Of a DNA stretch of 64,000 nt, positions 39,834 to 49,277 are shown in pieces. Position 1 is the first letter of the stretch, and the number at the start of each line of letters is the position of its first letter. The notes under the pieces are model-generated. The model made no database searches. It saw only the letters and a program-made list of their open reading frames with translations, and was not told the origin of the DNA. Location of the stretch: contig JAIPGP010000006.1 in NCBI GenBank assembly GCA_021735645.1, positions 3,634-67,633 of the forward strand, written 5' to 3'. The translations under genes and the position numbers were made by a program. The DNA comes from Candidatus Cloacimonadota bacterium. GTDB taxonomy: Bacteria; Cloacimonadota; Cloacimonadia; Cloacimonadales; TCS61.

Positions 39834-40857
39834 ATTTATAATATTTTCGCCGAAATCCGGAGACCCACTCACCTTTAGGTAAAAATAACTTCTTTACTAG
39901 CCCGGTAATAAACCCGCTGCCATAAGCCAGCACCTGAGTAAACAATGTCAACACCGAAAGACAGCCCACCAGCAGTGAATGATTACGTATCGCAGACTGG
40001 GTGAAGGAGAATAAGGCGACAAATACGCCCAATACGGCTTCCAATAAGAGCAAAGAGCGGAGGATATTAAAAAAGACAGCCCCCACCACCGTGCCCAGAA
40101 ATATTATCAAAATCACCGCCGGCAGTGCATGAACCGGCTTTAACATCGCCCGGTCAATTGTGCCTAAATTTATCCGTGTCACGCCCCAGTTGAATATCTG
40201 CTTGAAAAACCGCCTCAAATTCGTGCGGCGCTTATGAAATACCTGCAGCTCCGGTAAAAATATCACCCGAAATCCGGCTTTGTAAATCCGGTTGGAAAAT
40301 TCCATATCCTGACCGTGCCTCAAAGCATTCATGCCGCCTATCTTTTCATATACCCGCCGGCGAATTCCCATATTGAAACTGCGGGGATAATATTTAGCAA
40401 CACTTCTTTTGGCTGAACCGCGAGTTCCACCTGTTCCTATGAAGGAAGTCATGGAATAATTCACTGCCTTCAAAAATGGCGGGAAATCTTCCCTTTGCGT
40501 ATCTGGTCCCCCAAAAGCATCAAAACTGTCCTCACTCAAAGCGACCTGCAATTTACTTATATAATCTGCAGGCACAGTGCAGTCAGAATCTATAAAAACC
40601 ATTAACTCGCCTGCCGCTTCTGCCATGCCCCTGTTTCGGGCGGCTCCGGGTCCCTGATTCTGCTGATGAAAATACCTTATCTGCAGCTTACCTGTATATT
40701 GTGCCAAAACCTCATTTAATTCATCTGTAGAGCCATCATCCACTATGATGATCTCAAAACCGGTTTTTATATCCTGGTTACAAAAGGATGATAGAAATTC
40801 TGCTATTTCCTCCGCCCTATTATAAACTGGAACAATTATTGATATTAGTTTATTCAT
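39832..40857 (-). CDS. GT2 family glycosyltransferase with C-terminal TM helices
   Basis: ISIIVPVYNR; IIIVDDGSTD; GPGAARNRG; FIDSDC; PRSFNMG. Confidence 0.93.
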   Translation of the reverse strand: MNKLISIIVPVYNRAEEIAEFLSSFCNQDIKTGFEIIIVDDGSTDELNEVLAQYTGKLQIRYFHQQNQGPGAARNRGMAEAAGELMVFIDSDCTVPADYISKLQVALSEDSFDAFGGPDTQREDFPPFLKAVNYSMTSFIGTGGTRGSAKRSVAKYYPRSFNMGIRRRVYEKIGGMNALRHGQDMEFSNRIYKAGFRVIFLPELQVFHKRRTNLRRFFKQIFNWGVTRINLGTIDRAMLKPVHALPAVILIIFLGTVVGAVFFNILRSLLLLEAVLGVFVALFSFTQSAIRNHSLLVGCLSVLTLFTQVLAYGSGFITGLVKKLFLPKGEWVSGFRRKYYK

Positions 40858-43387
40858 TATATGCTTTATTCTTTCTCTTATTTCTTATATTGTATGCTGC
40901 CAGCCCGATCAGCAGCAGCCAGGCAATGATATGAGCTATTTTGGATAGCCAGAGATAACGAAGATAAGTATCAGGCTCAAATACAAAACTCACTTCCTGC
41001 TCGCCCGTCTTCTCCAGCAGTACACTCCGCAGCACATGATCGGTTTTATAAATTTCCTGCTCCTCTCCATCTACATAACATTTCCAGCCCCGGGGATAAT
41101 AAATTTCCGAAACGACTAAAAGTGCCGGCACTTCATGAGAAACTCGATAGCTCATCCGGTTATAAGAAGCTTCTTCCAGCTCTATGTTACCCTGCTGCGG
41201 CTGGCTGATATTCACTCCGGGGTCTTCTTCCAGAAGAGCTGTTTTATAAGCATCAAACTGAGGATCATTCAAGGCTGCAAAACGCTCCTGACGCTCTGTA
41301 ACCACCTGATAATTCTCCACAAACCAGGCTGGTCTCGCCTCAAAATCTGTCTTATAGGTAATCATCTCTTTGGATTTATCATAATAATACACCTGCAGAT
41401 GATCTTCCGGTAATGCCTGCTTGCTGATAATATATTTTGTGTTCAGCATCTTAAGGATATTCCAGTTTAAAGGCAATTTAGGATCATTGCCTTTATACAG
41501 GCAAAACTCTATGATATCCTGATATATCCGTAACTTGGCAGCATTATATCCGCCAATGGAATTGTGATAATAGGAATAATCATTGGAATTAAAGGGATTT
41601 TCCGTGATCGGAAATACCCGGTAATAACTCTCATCCTGCAGTAGTTTCTGATTGGTTTTTGTCAGTCTGAAATGGGCGTTCTCCAGAGCAGTCGGATTGT
41701 TCAAGTCACCTTCTGACCGTATCATATAAGGCACCTGATCAGCCAGCATCAAACCAAAAAGCAATATCATGAAGAAAGCAGGCTTGAGCTTTCCGGTAAT
41801 TTGCAGCCAGACAACCAGTGTCATCGCCAAAGTAAATAAAATCAGCCTCAGTCCATCTGAATGCATCATATCCAGACGAGCTGATGCTATTAAAGCTGCC
41901 GTTTCACTACCATACTGAGATACTTCATCACCCTTGATCATATTAAATGAACTACCAAATAAATATGGTACGAGACCAGCTATTATTAGTAAAATCCCCA
42001 CTGTGATGATAGTTTTCTTCAGTTTAATATTCTCTTGAGGAGGTAAAGATTGAGTGATATCGTGCTTCAAACCCGGTACATATACCAATGTAATACTTGG
42101 CTTAGATATATTCCATGTTAAAATACTCTCCAGCCCAAAACCCGCATAGATCACCGTAAGCAGGAACATCACCAGCTGCAGCATCGCCGGCACTCTGAAT
42201 TTATTAAATGCCGGAACATAATTAAAGAATATATCATAAAAAGCCTGAAAATGCCTGCCAAATGAAAGTAGCAGACACAACAAAAACAATCCGCTGAATA
42301 GCTTGATAACCGGCTTTTTCCAGTTTGCCAGTAAGCCTGCCAATGCTAGAAATACCAGTATTATCCCGATATAATCATAGGTTTGAGTAAAAGGCATATA
42401 ACCCCAGTAACCCGGAATCTTCTTACCGGTAAGCTGTGGTACGGCACTGCCATTATACAGCTCCTGCGAAGTACCCCCAAAAAAGTGCGGCATTACCCAA
42501 TTAAATACTGCCAGCGGATGCATTGACCACCGGGTCGCATAGCCGGTATCCAGCCCGCTGGAATCCTCTTCCCCTGTGCCACCCCGAATTGAATATGGCG
42601 TGTATTCACCGGCGACAAATAAAGGCTGAGCCACCATGCCAATTATCAATGCACAAGCGGGTATTAATAGCAGTATTTTCTTTACCAAAAGACTCATTTT
42701 TCCGCTTTTTATCATATTTATCAGATAGAAAAGTCCCAGGAATATCAGGATTATTATCTGGTAAAATATCACCTGATAATGATGCGTTCTTATCTGAACA
42801 GAAAAACTAAATATAAATCCCAACAGCCATAAAAGATTCTTCTTATTAATGAAACTTACAAAGAAAAAGATCACTAGCGGCATATACATCACCGGTCGGA
42901 ATTTCTGAAAATGACCTATTGATAAAATGGACATATAATGCGGGATCAAGATAAATCCCAAAGCACAAAATGCCGATGTCCACCAGCTTAGCTTAAAAAA
43001 TCTCAGAAGATAGAACATCCCGATAAAGCCCACCAGATACAGCCAGATATTCAAATAAATAATTTTGCTCAGGTACCGGTGAATAATAGTATCAAAACTG
43101 AATGCTTCACCACTTCTCCGGTGATAAATTGGCATCCCGGAAAAAACCGTCTTATTCCAGAGTACATTCTCATCAGTGTCTTTCTGAAATTCAAGATATT
43201 GATGGTTTCCACCCACAGACCCGATTACATCCACCCCCCCTGGACGAAGTCCCTCGAATGCCATTGGATACAAAATTGCCAGTAACATTATAAAACATAA
43301 CCCAAATAGAATAAGATTCCTCCACTTTGTGATACCTGACCAGCGGTTTCCTCTCGATATACTCTCTGCCTTATTCTTCCTTTTCAT
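40850..43387 (-). CDS. YfhO-family polytopic membrane protein (GT-C-like)
   Basis: Many TM segments; W..TVFSGMP; YSIRG; YWG.MPFT; FNKFRVP; IGGYNAAKL; SEIYYPRGW. Confidence 0.88.
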   Translation of the reverse strand: MKRKNKAESISRGNRWSGITKWRNLILFGLCFIMLLAILYPMAFEGLRPGGVDVIGSVGGNHQYLEFQKDTDENVLWNKTVFSGMPIYHRRSGEAFSFDTIIHRYLSKIIYLNIWLYLVGFIGMFYLLRFFKLSWWTSAFCALGFILIPHYMSILSIGHFQKFRPVMYMPLVIFFFVSFINKKNLLWLLGFIFSFSVQIRTHHYQVIFYQIIILIFLGLFYLINMIKSGKMSLLVKKILLLIPACALIIGMVAQPLFVAGEYTPYSIRGGTGEEDSSGLDTGYATRWSMHPLAVFNWVMPHFFGGTSQELYNGSAVPQLTGKKIPGYWGYMPFTQTYDYIGIILVFLALAGLLANWKKPVIKLFSGLFLLCLLLSFGRHFQAFYDIFFNYVPAFNKFRVPAMLQLVMFLLTVIYAGFGLESILTWNISKPSITLVYVPGLKHDITQSLPPQENIKLKKTIITVGILLIIAGLVPYLFGSSFNMIKGDEVSQYGSETAALIASARLDMMHSDGLRLILFTLAMTLVVWLQITGKLKPAFFMILLFGLMLADQVPYMIRSEGDLNNPTALENAHFRLTKTNQKLLQDESYYRVFPITENPFNSNDYSYYHNSIGGYNAAKLRIYQDIIEFCLYKGNDPKLPLNWNILKMLNTKYIISKQALPEDHLQVYYYDKSKEMITYKTDFEARPAWFVENYQVVTERQERFAALNDPQFDAYKTALLEEDPGVNISQPQQGNIELEEASYNRMSYRVSHEVPALLVVSEIYYPRGWKCYVDGEEQEIYKTDHVLRSVLLEKTGEQEVSFVFEPDTYLRYLWLSKIAHIIAWLLLIGLAAYNIRNKRKNKAYNE

Positions 43388-44890
43388 CTATTTACCCCCA
43401 TATTCCTTTTTTATTAATGCTTTTATATTTGCCGGCTTACTCCATTTTTTTAGAGACTGTCTTATCCGCTGTAGTTCCGTATCCTCAAAAAAACCTATGA
43501 CTGCCAAAATTACCGGATACAGAAGCAAAATAACTAAATCTACCAATATACTTAGAAAAACATTCATTTCTGGAATCAGCAGCCAGGCATATAATAACCC
43601 GATACCAATCAGAAAAGCTTTTAAATATTTGACAACCTCATAATTTGAATAACCATACTTTTTATTTATCATCAGGCAGACGATAACAGCTACTCCCTGT
43701 GAAACTGCTGTTGTGAGAGCCGCACCTAATGAGCCTAAGGAAGGGATTATCAAAAAATTCAGTAAAATATTCAAAATACCAGTGCCTACTGCAATATAGG
43801 CAATCAAATCTGTCCGCTTCATCTTTGCCATTGGCATATTCAGCATTGAGCGTATACCATATAATATGATGCCCGCCACTAAATAAGGCACAATATACAA
43901 TGAATTATAATAGTCAACATTGTCTGTTAAAAATTTTATCACGGTTTTACTGACTATACTTAATAATAACCCGCTGTAGATGGCAATAAAGGTGAAATAG
44001 GTAATAGATTTATCAAAAAATCGGTCATGCTTTACGGCTTCTATTTCGCTATAATACTTGAAATTATATGATTTCAAAAATGATCGCACAATGAATAACT
44101 TGATCAAACTGGATACTTTATATGCTAATGAATACTGCCCCACATCTGCCAGACTGTAATAATGCTTCAATATAAACCTGTCACTCAAAGTCATCACTAT
44201 CGCAAAAACACTGGATACTGCTATCGGAAATGAATATTTCAAAAGCTTGCTAAATATCTCATATTCTATCACAAACTTTATCTCTTTCAAAAGATACGGC
44301 ATTATGAATATCAGCACAATCACATTACCGCAGATCTGACCCAGAAACACTCCTTCAAGTCCCATATCAAGCTGCGTGATAAAAAATATCGTCGTCAATA
44401 ACACTATGCCCAGATTTAATAATACATATCGCGTCTGCTTGACCACTAATTGTTGTATCTGCATTAATAATATGCTGCGCATGATCACTACCCGGAACAG
44501 AATATTTACTAAATATGTAACTGTCAGTCCCAGCGATATTTTTACATCAAATATCTGCAAAGAATAATAGTGGATCATGACAAATGCTAATATCAGGCAA
44601 AGCGTTGTGGATATTAACGAAAATATCAGTGTTGTAAAAAATAGCGACTTCTGCCGTTCTTTGCCTTCATCATCCCAATACCAGCGGTTAAAACCACTCT
44701 CTACTCCAAAAGATGATAAGGTGATTATTATTTCTGCCAGTATCTCAAAAAGTGCCAGTAATCCATATATCTCTATGGAAAACTGACGGGCATATAAAGG
44801 CAGTAAGATAAAACCTACAAGCTTCACTGCCACATTGCCTATCCCATAATAGAAAGTCTGCTTAACTGAGCTTCTGATCTTATCTAACAC
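43388..44890 (-). CDS. Wzx-type oligosaccharide flippase
   Basis: About 14 TM helices; GFILLPLYAR..S...YG; LLKYSFP; SDRFIL....L..VGQYSLAYK. Confidence 0.88.
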   Translation of the reverse strand: MLDKIRSSVKQTFYYGIGNVAVKLVGFILLPLYARQFSIEIYGLLALFEILAEIIITLSSFGVESGFNRWYWDDEGKERQKSLFFTTLIFSLISTTLCLILAFVMIHYYSLQIFDVKISLGLTVTYLVNILFRVVIMRSILLMQIQQLVVKQTRYVLLNLGIVLLTTIFFITQLDMGLEGVFLGQICGNVIVLIFIMPYLLKEIKFVIEYEIFSKLLKYSFPIAVSSVFAIVMTLSDRFILKHYYSLADVGQYSLAYKVSSLIKLFIVRSFLKSYNFKYYSEIEAVKHDRFFDKSITYFTFIAIYSGLLLSIVSKTVIKFLTDNVDYYNSLYIVPYLVAGIILYGIRSMLNMPMAKMKRTDLIAYIAVGTGILNILLNFLIIPSLGSLGAALTTAVSQGVAVIVCLMINKKYGYSNYEVVKYLKAFLIGIGLLYAWLLIPEMNVFLSILVDLVILLLYPVILAVIGFFEDTELQRIRQSLKKWSKPANIKALIKKEYGGK

Positions 44891-44896
44891 TTTGCT

Positions 44897-45637
44897 TTAA
44901 AACTCGCAACACATTACTATGATATCCTGGGCAGATGGATTCTGACGTAAATACCGGTTTCTTAATAGCGTCAATGGATTCATTGTGGAGGTTCGCCGCC
45001 CATACATGGCATAAGTGAACCACTTCATTTTGAATCCTGCTCCCAGGAGACTTTTAGCTAAGGTATAAGGCGTAAACCAGAAATAATGATCTGTATTGAT
45101 TAATTCATAATGCTTCCCGTTTTGCCGATTGCTCTTTTTGAAAGCATTGGGAACGGTTATTATTAATTCTTTACTGATTGCTTGGCAGTTCTCATGCAGC
45201 TTACTTAAAAAAATACCCGGACTGGCAATATGCTCCAAAGTCTCCGGCAAAAATACATAGTCAAATCCTCCCGCTGATAGAAATTCAGGTAAAGACTCAG
45301 TTATATTGGCATATTTCACCGTATATTGAGGATAACGCTCATTGATGTAGTTTATGGCTTCTTTATCTATATCGACCCCTACTACTTCGCTGCCGGATTC
45401 ATGCAGCAGTTTATGCAGCCATTTCCCCTGCTCTATCTTCTCATCTATCAATCCTAAATGATCACAACATCCTATATGCAATATTTTCTTTGCCCGGGCA
45501 AGCTCTGTTAACATCCTGAACCGGTCTACTAAATCAGATACCTGTGCACCGGTTTCAAACTTATAGCTCGAAGCAAATGACTCGCCCCGCAAATACCGCT
45601 CCGCAGTCTTATCAATCTCAAATCTATCAAAATTCAT
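44897..45637 (-). CDS. Class I SAM-dependent methyltransferase (glycan-locus associated)
   Basis: KILHIGC; VVGVDID; FDYVFLPETLEH; IITVPNA. Confidence 0.85.
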   Translation of the reverse strand: MNFDRFEIDKTAERYLRGESFASSYKFETGAQVSDLVDRFRMLTELARAKKILHIGCCDHLGLIDEKIEQGKWLHKLLHESGSEVVGVDIDKEAINYINERYPQYTVKYANITESLPEFLSAGGFDYVFLPETLEHIASPGIFLSKLHENCQAISKELIITVPNAFKKSNRQNGKHYELINTDHYFWFTPYTLAKSLLGAGFKMKWFTYAMYGRRTSTMNPLTLLRNRYLRQNPSAQDIIVMCCEF

Positions 45638-45754
45638 TTATCCTCCGCATTACGTACTCTGCAATTAATTCTTTCAATTATTATCGGTCAATTAATTTCC
45701 TCCAAACCAATTTTATGATTGACATCTCTGCTGTTTTTCTGCGTAAAGTTTTTT

Positions 45755-46672
45755 ATGAAAGTTATTAAAATGCTCTGCCTCACTCAATCAAGACAGTTCG
45801 AAATCGGACTGAAAAACATCTTTGACCAGATTCCATTTCTAGAAGTTACAGTTATTAACAGAAATGACCCGGAATGGAAAGGCTCTATTATTAAACAATT
45901 TCGCCTGCTTAAAAAACATGACATTCTATATTGCTTCTTTGCCCAAACAAAAATTTACTACCTGCTCTTCTATAAAGCAGCAAATCTTAAAATCATTAAT
46001 CACTATATCGGCTCTGACCTCTATAAAACTATTAAACACTACCGCTTCTGGAAATATCTGCCTGTCGTGAATAAACTCAGCCACTCCATATGCGTTAGCT
46101 CTCTACTTGCCAATGAACTAAATGATTATGGCATCTCTGCTAAAATTCTCCCCTTCACTAATCTTAACCTCCAAAAAAGACCCATCGTATACCCTGATCA
46201 AAAAACCGCTATTGTCTATCTGCCTGACTCATATAGAGAGTTTTATAATTATAAACTAATTACTGGACTTGTTACTGCCTTCCCTGATGTAAACTTTATT
46301 TTCTTTCCAAGTACTCTAAGTCTTGATAACTTGCCAGCCAATATTAAAACTGTTAAGTTTGTACCTCGTGAAAATATGTTTCAATTCCTTAGCTCATGCC
46401 GTGTATTTATAAGATTACCTCTCCATGATGGTTTACCTAACACTCTCCTGGAAGCTCTTTCAATTGGCAGATGGTGTATCTGGAATTTTGATTTTCCTTA
46501 TACAGTAAAATCTTCTTCACTGGAAGATCTTATCTGCAAGTTTGATTTATTGATTAATAAGTCTGATATTAATCAGAAGGCGATTGATCATATTATAAAT
46601 AATTATTCATTCTCAAATATCACTCAACGTTATACCAATTACTTTAATAATTATGTAACCGATAACTTCTAA
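45755..46672 (+). CDS. GT-B/GT4-like glycosyltransferase, oriented opposite to its neighbours
   Basis: HYIGSDL and VFIRLPLHDGLPNTLLEALSIG motifs. The likely start is ATG 45755; the ORF track starts at 45719. Confidence 0.75.
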   Translation: MKVIKMLCLTQSRQFEIGLKNIFDQIPFLEVTVINRNDPEWKGSIIKQFRLLKKHDILYCFFAQTKIYYLLFYKAANLKIINHYIGSDLYKTIKHYRFWKYLPVVNKLSHSICVSSLLANELNDYGISAKILPFTNLNLQKRPIVYPDQKTAIVYLPDSYREFYNYKLITGLVTAFPDVNFIFFPSTLSLDNLPANIKTVKFVPRENMFQFLSSCRVFIRLPLHDGLPNTLLEALSIGRWCIWNFDFPYTVKSSSLEDLICKFDLLINKSDINQKAIDHIINNYSFSNITQRYTNYFNNYVTDNF

Positions 46673-47895
46673 ATTATACTGCTCAATTCCCTATACATGT
46701 CCACTAATCCCCTACTGCATTTTTCCCAGTTATATTTCTCCATGATCGCCTGCTTACCTTTTATTTTCATTCCTTGTCTCAGGTCTTTATCCCGGTAGAG
46801 TTTCCTTACCTGTCTTGCTAAATCCTGGTGATCATCACTCATATATGTCAATCCTGCCCCCGTCTCATTCAGTATCCGTTCTAATGACCGGCAATTCGTA
46901 GATATAACGGGAACTTCATAATACATATACTGATATATTTTGTTGGGACTGGAATTATCTGTCTGAATCGATTTCTTATGAGGAATAATGCCAATGTCAC
47001 TCAACTTGAAATAATCCGGTAGTCTCTCCGGCGGTTGCCAGCCTTCAAAAATTACCTTATTCTGGATTCCTAATTCTTTCACCAATCTTTGCAGCTCATG
47101 TTTTATCTTGCCTGTGCCGACTATACTAACAACTAAATTTTCAATTTCTTCTAATTCGCTCACTGCTCGCAATAATGTGTCTATCCCACGATGCCAGTCA
47201 AATGCTCCTATATAAGAAAGCACAAATTTCCCTCTATATTTCTCAAAAAGTGATTTGTTTTCTTCTGGCTCTTGAAAGGATGAAATTTCTAGACAATTCT
47301 CGCAAACTACTATCTTTTCAGTTTCAATGTCTCCTGATATTCTGCTTTTCATCTCATCTACAACAACTACTGCTTTATCGAGTTGTGAAAGCCATTTCTT
47401 TTCTGTTCGCTGCCATTTCTTTACAGATATCAATATATTCCCCGGAAATGTATTGGAAAACTTGTAATACTTCAAAGCATCTGCATAATTTTCATGCAAA
47501 TCCCCGCAGACTTTAACTAAACCTCCCAGCTTCTTCCTCGCTTTCAAACCTGCTCCCACCAGATACAAATCATGGATATGCAGTATATCTATATCATACT
47601 TCTTTACGAAATTAACCATTTTCCCGCACCAGTAGTATGTATAAATATCTAATATTGTATTGGTCAATGCCCGTAACTTACGACTTAATTTTCGATTTAT
47701 CTTTATCCTGATTACTTTTGCACCATAAAAATCTGATTCCTCTTTCTCTTCTCCAAATCTGAAACATAGTAGATATACTGCAAATCCTGCCGCTACTAAA
47801 CTCCTGATCTCCTTCCCTACCCTGGCATCCGGTGGAAATCGATCATCCAGCACCATACCTATTTTATATTTTTTCTTGTTATCCATTTCTTTCAA
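46669..47895 (-). CDS. GT4 family glycosyltransferase
   Basis: FPPDARV.KE; HIHDL; DLHENY; YIGAF...RGID; SDIGIIP; SPNKIYQYM; YNW. Confidence 0.92.
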   Translation of the reverse strand: MKEMDNKKKYKIGMVLDDRFPPDARVGKEIRSLVAAGFAVYLLCFRFGEEKEESDFYGAKVIRIKINRKLSRKLRALTNTILDIYTYYWCGKMVNFVKKYDIDILHIHDLYLVGAGLKARKKLGGLVKVCGDLHENYADALKYYKFSNTFPGNILISVKKWQRTEKKWLSQLDKAVVVVDEMKSRISGDIETEKIVVCENCLEISSFQEPEENKSLFEKYRGKFVLSYIGAFDWHRGIDTLLRAVSELEEIENLVVSIVGTGKIKHELQRLVKELGIQNKVIFEGWQPPERLPDYFKLSDIGIIPHKKSIQTDNSSPNKIYQYMYYEVPVISTNCRSLERILNETGAGLTYMSDDHQDLARQVRKLYRDKDLRQGMKIKGKQAIMEKYNWEKCSRGLVDMYRELSSII

Positions 47896-48009
47896 TACCT
47901 CTATCTTCTTCTATTTTTTATTAATAATGTTGTCAAATTATATCTAACCTCTCCCCCGCTATCCCTGTTAATAATGTTAACTAAGTTCTGCCATCCACCC
48001 AAATTTTAA

Positions 48010-48230
48010 TTAATTTCTGCAGCTAAGTCATATGTGCACCGCAGGGTATTTCCACGTGGGGCGCAGATGACGACCATTACCAAACGATTCCAGCTCGATG
48101 CATTTTTTAGATTGAAATTTTGACAAGGTTAGATAATTAGTTGTTGCTCTCGCTCCGCGAAGATCGTCCATAGCCTTGACACAGACTGAACTTCTCGCCA
48201 CCACCAGTGGTGCAAGCCCTACTTAACTGG
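48010..48230 (-). ncRNA. Candidate structured non-coding RNA, possibly the non-coding end of an IS110-family element lacking its transposase
   Basis: GC-richer island in AT-rich intergenic DNA with nested complementarity (tgcacc 48035-48040 / ggtgca 48209-48214; caagg/ccttg; gacga/tcgtc) and no ORF. The family assignment is from recollection only. Confidence 0.35.
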
Positions 48231-48734
48231 TCAATTATTATTTAAACTCCTGCTATGAAGTCATACTTAATATCGTTCGTTCGTCTTGATTAAAAACTTT
48301 GTCAATTCCGTAACTGCCCCTCTATATACAATTTATACTTTATCTCTATTATAATCTCCATAATTTACTGCAATTAAACCCCTTACATCTTGTTCAACTG
48401 TTTCTTACTTCATCTACCACACCCAGAGTGGCCCCCCTGTGGCTTCCCTGTGGCTTTATCACTGTTATGGTCAATTACTGTAACATTAGTTCTCTTTTAA
48501 TTATTGCTGTTTTTCTGGAACATGAACCCAATTCATCATATCCAATAATCTCCGCAAAGAACTTTTAAAAAACTACCTCTTTCCCGGTCAAATAATAAAT
48601 AGTTTGACAATAATAAATCGATTTCGCCATATACATTTATGCTAATCAAGTCAGCCTGAAGTGTTTGCAGAATATATTGTTATTAGTAATTTCATCAACT
48701 GGTTAGTCTGATAATTATTTTTCATGGAGGAGTT

Positions 48735-49277
48735 ATGATGCTCATTAGGAAGTTTTTTTTGTTTCTGCTATTAATTCTATTTATTTTACCCGTTTCTGCG
48801 GCTATCGGCTGGGGAAATTCGGAAATTGTTTTCCTTTCTTCCACAACTGATGATAGTAATCATGTTGGTTCTGGTATTTCAGAAATGATCTTTTTATCTT
48901 CGATGGAGGAGGTTTTTCATATCGGCGAAGGAATTTCTGAGATAGTGCTGTTAAGTTCACTGCATTATGGCGATGTGGATAATAATTCGGAAGTGGAAAG
49001 TCTTGATGCTTCCCTGATCCTGCAATACGTGATAGGATTCGATCCTGCTCCTGCTGCACCTTTACCCTGGGAAGACTGGAGAATCACAGTGGCAGATGTG
49101 AGTGGCAGCGGTTCTATTGGAGCTTATGACGCCGCGCTGATCTTGCGCTATGTGCTTGATTTAATCGATATCTTCCCGGTAGAAGGTGAACCCATAATTG
49201 ATAGAGTAAGGATTGAACAAATGAAACGCGAATTTATTAACTCGCAATACAATAATAATGGAGGAGAAATAAAATGA
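48735..49277 (+). CDS. Small secreted dockerin protein with three G.G.SE..(F/L)LSS repeats
   Basis: Signal peptide; repeats GWGNSEIVFLSS, GSGISEMIFLSS and GEGISEIVLLSS; dockerin YGDVDNNSEVESLDASLILQY...ADVSGSGSIGAYDAALILRY (48966-49184). GGAGG RBS, with TTGACA at about 48604. Confidence 0.88.
   Translation: MMLIRKFFLFLLLILFILPVSAAIGWGNSEIVFLSSTTDDSNHVGSGISEMIFLSSMEEVFHIGEGISEIVLLSSLHYGDVDNNSEVESLDASLILQYVIGFDPAPAAPLPWEDWRITVADVSGSGSIGAYDAALILRYVLDLIDIFPVEGEPIIDRVRIEQMKREFINSQYNNNGGEIK

Noticed and set aside
48010-48230. tmRNA, RNase P RNA, tRNA or group II intron
   Set aside because: No tRNA-like ends or T-loop, no GAGGAAAGUCC, and no GUGCG start or domain V motif were found.
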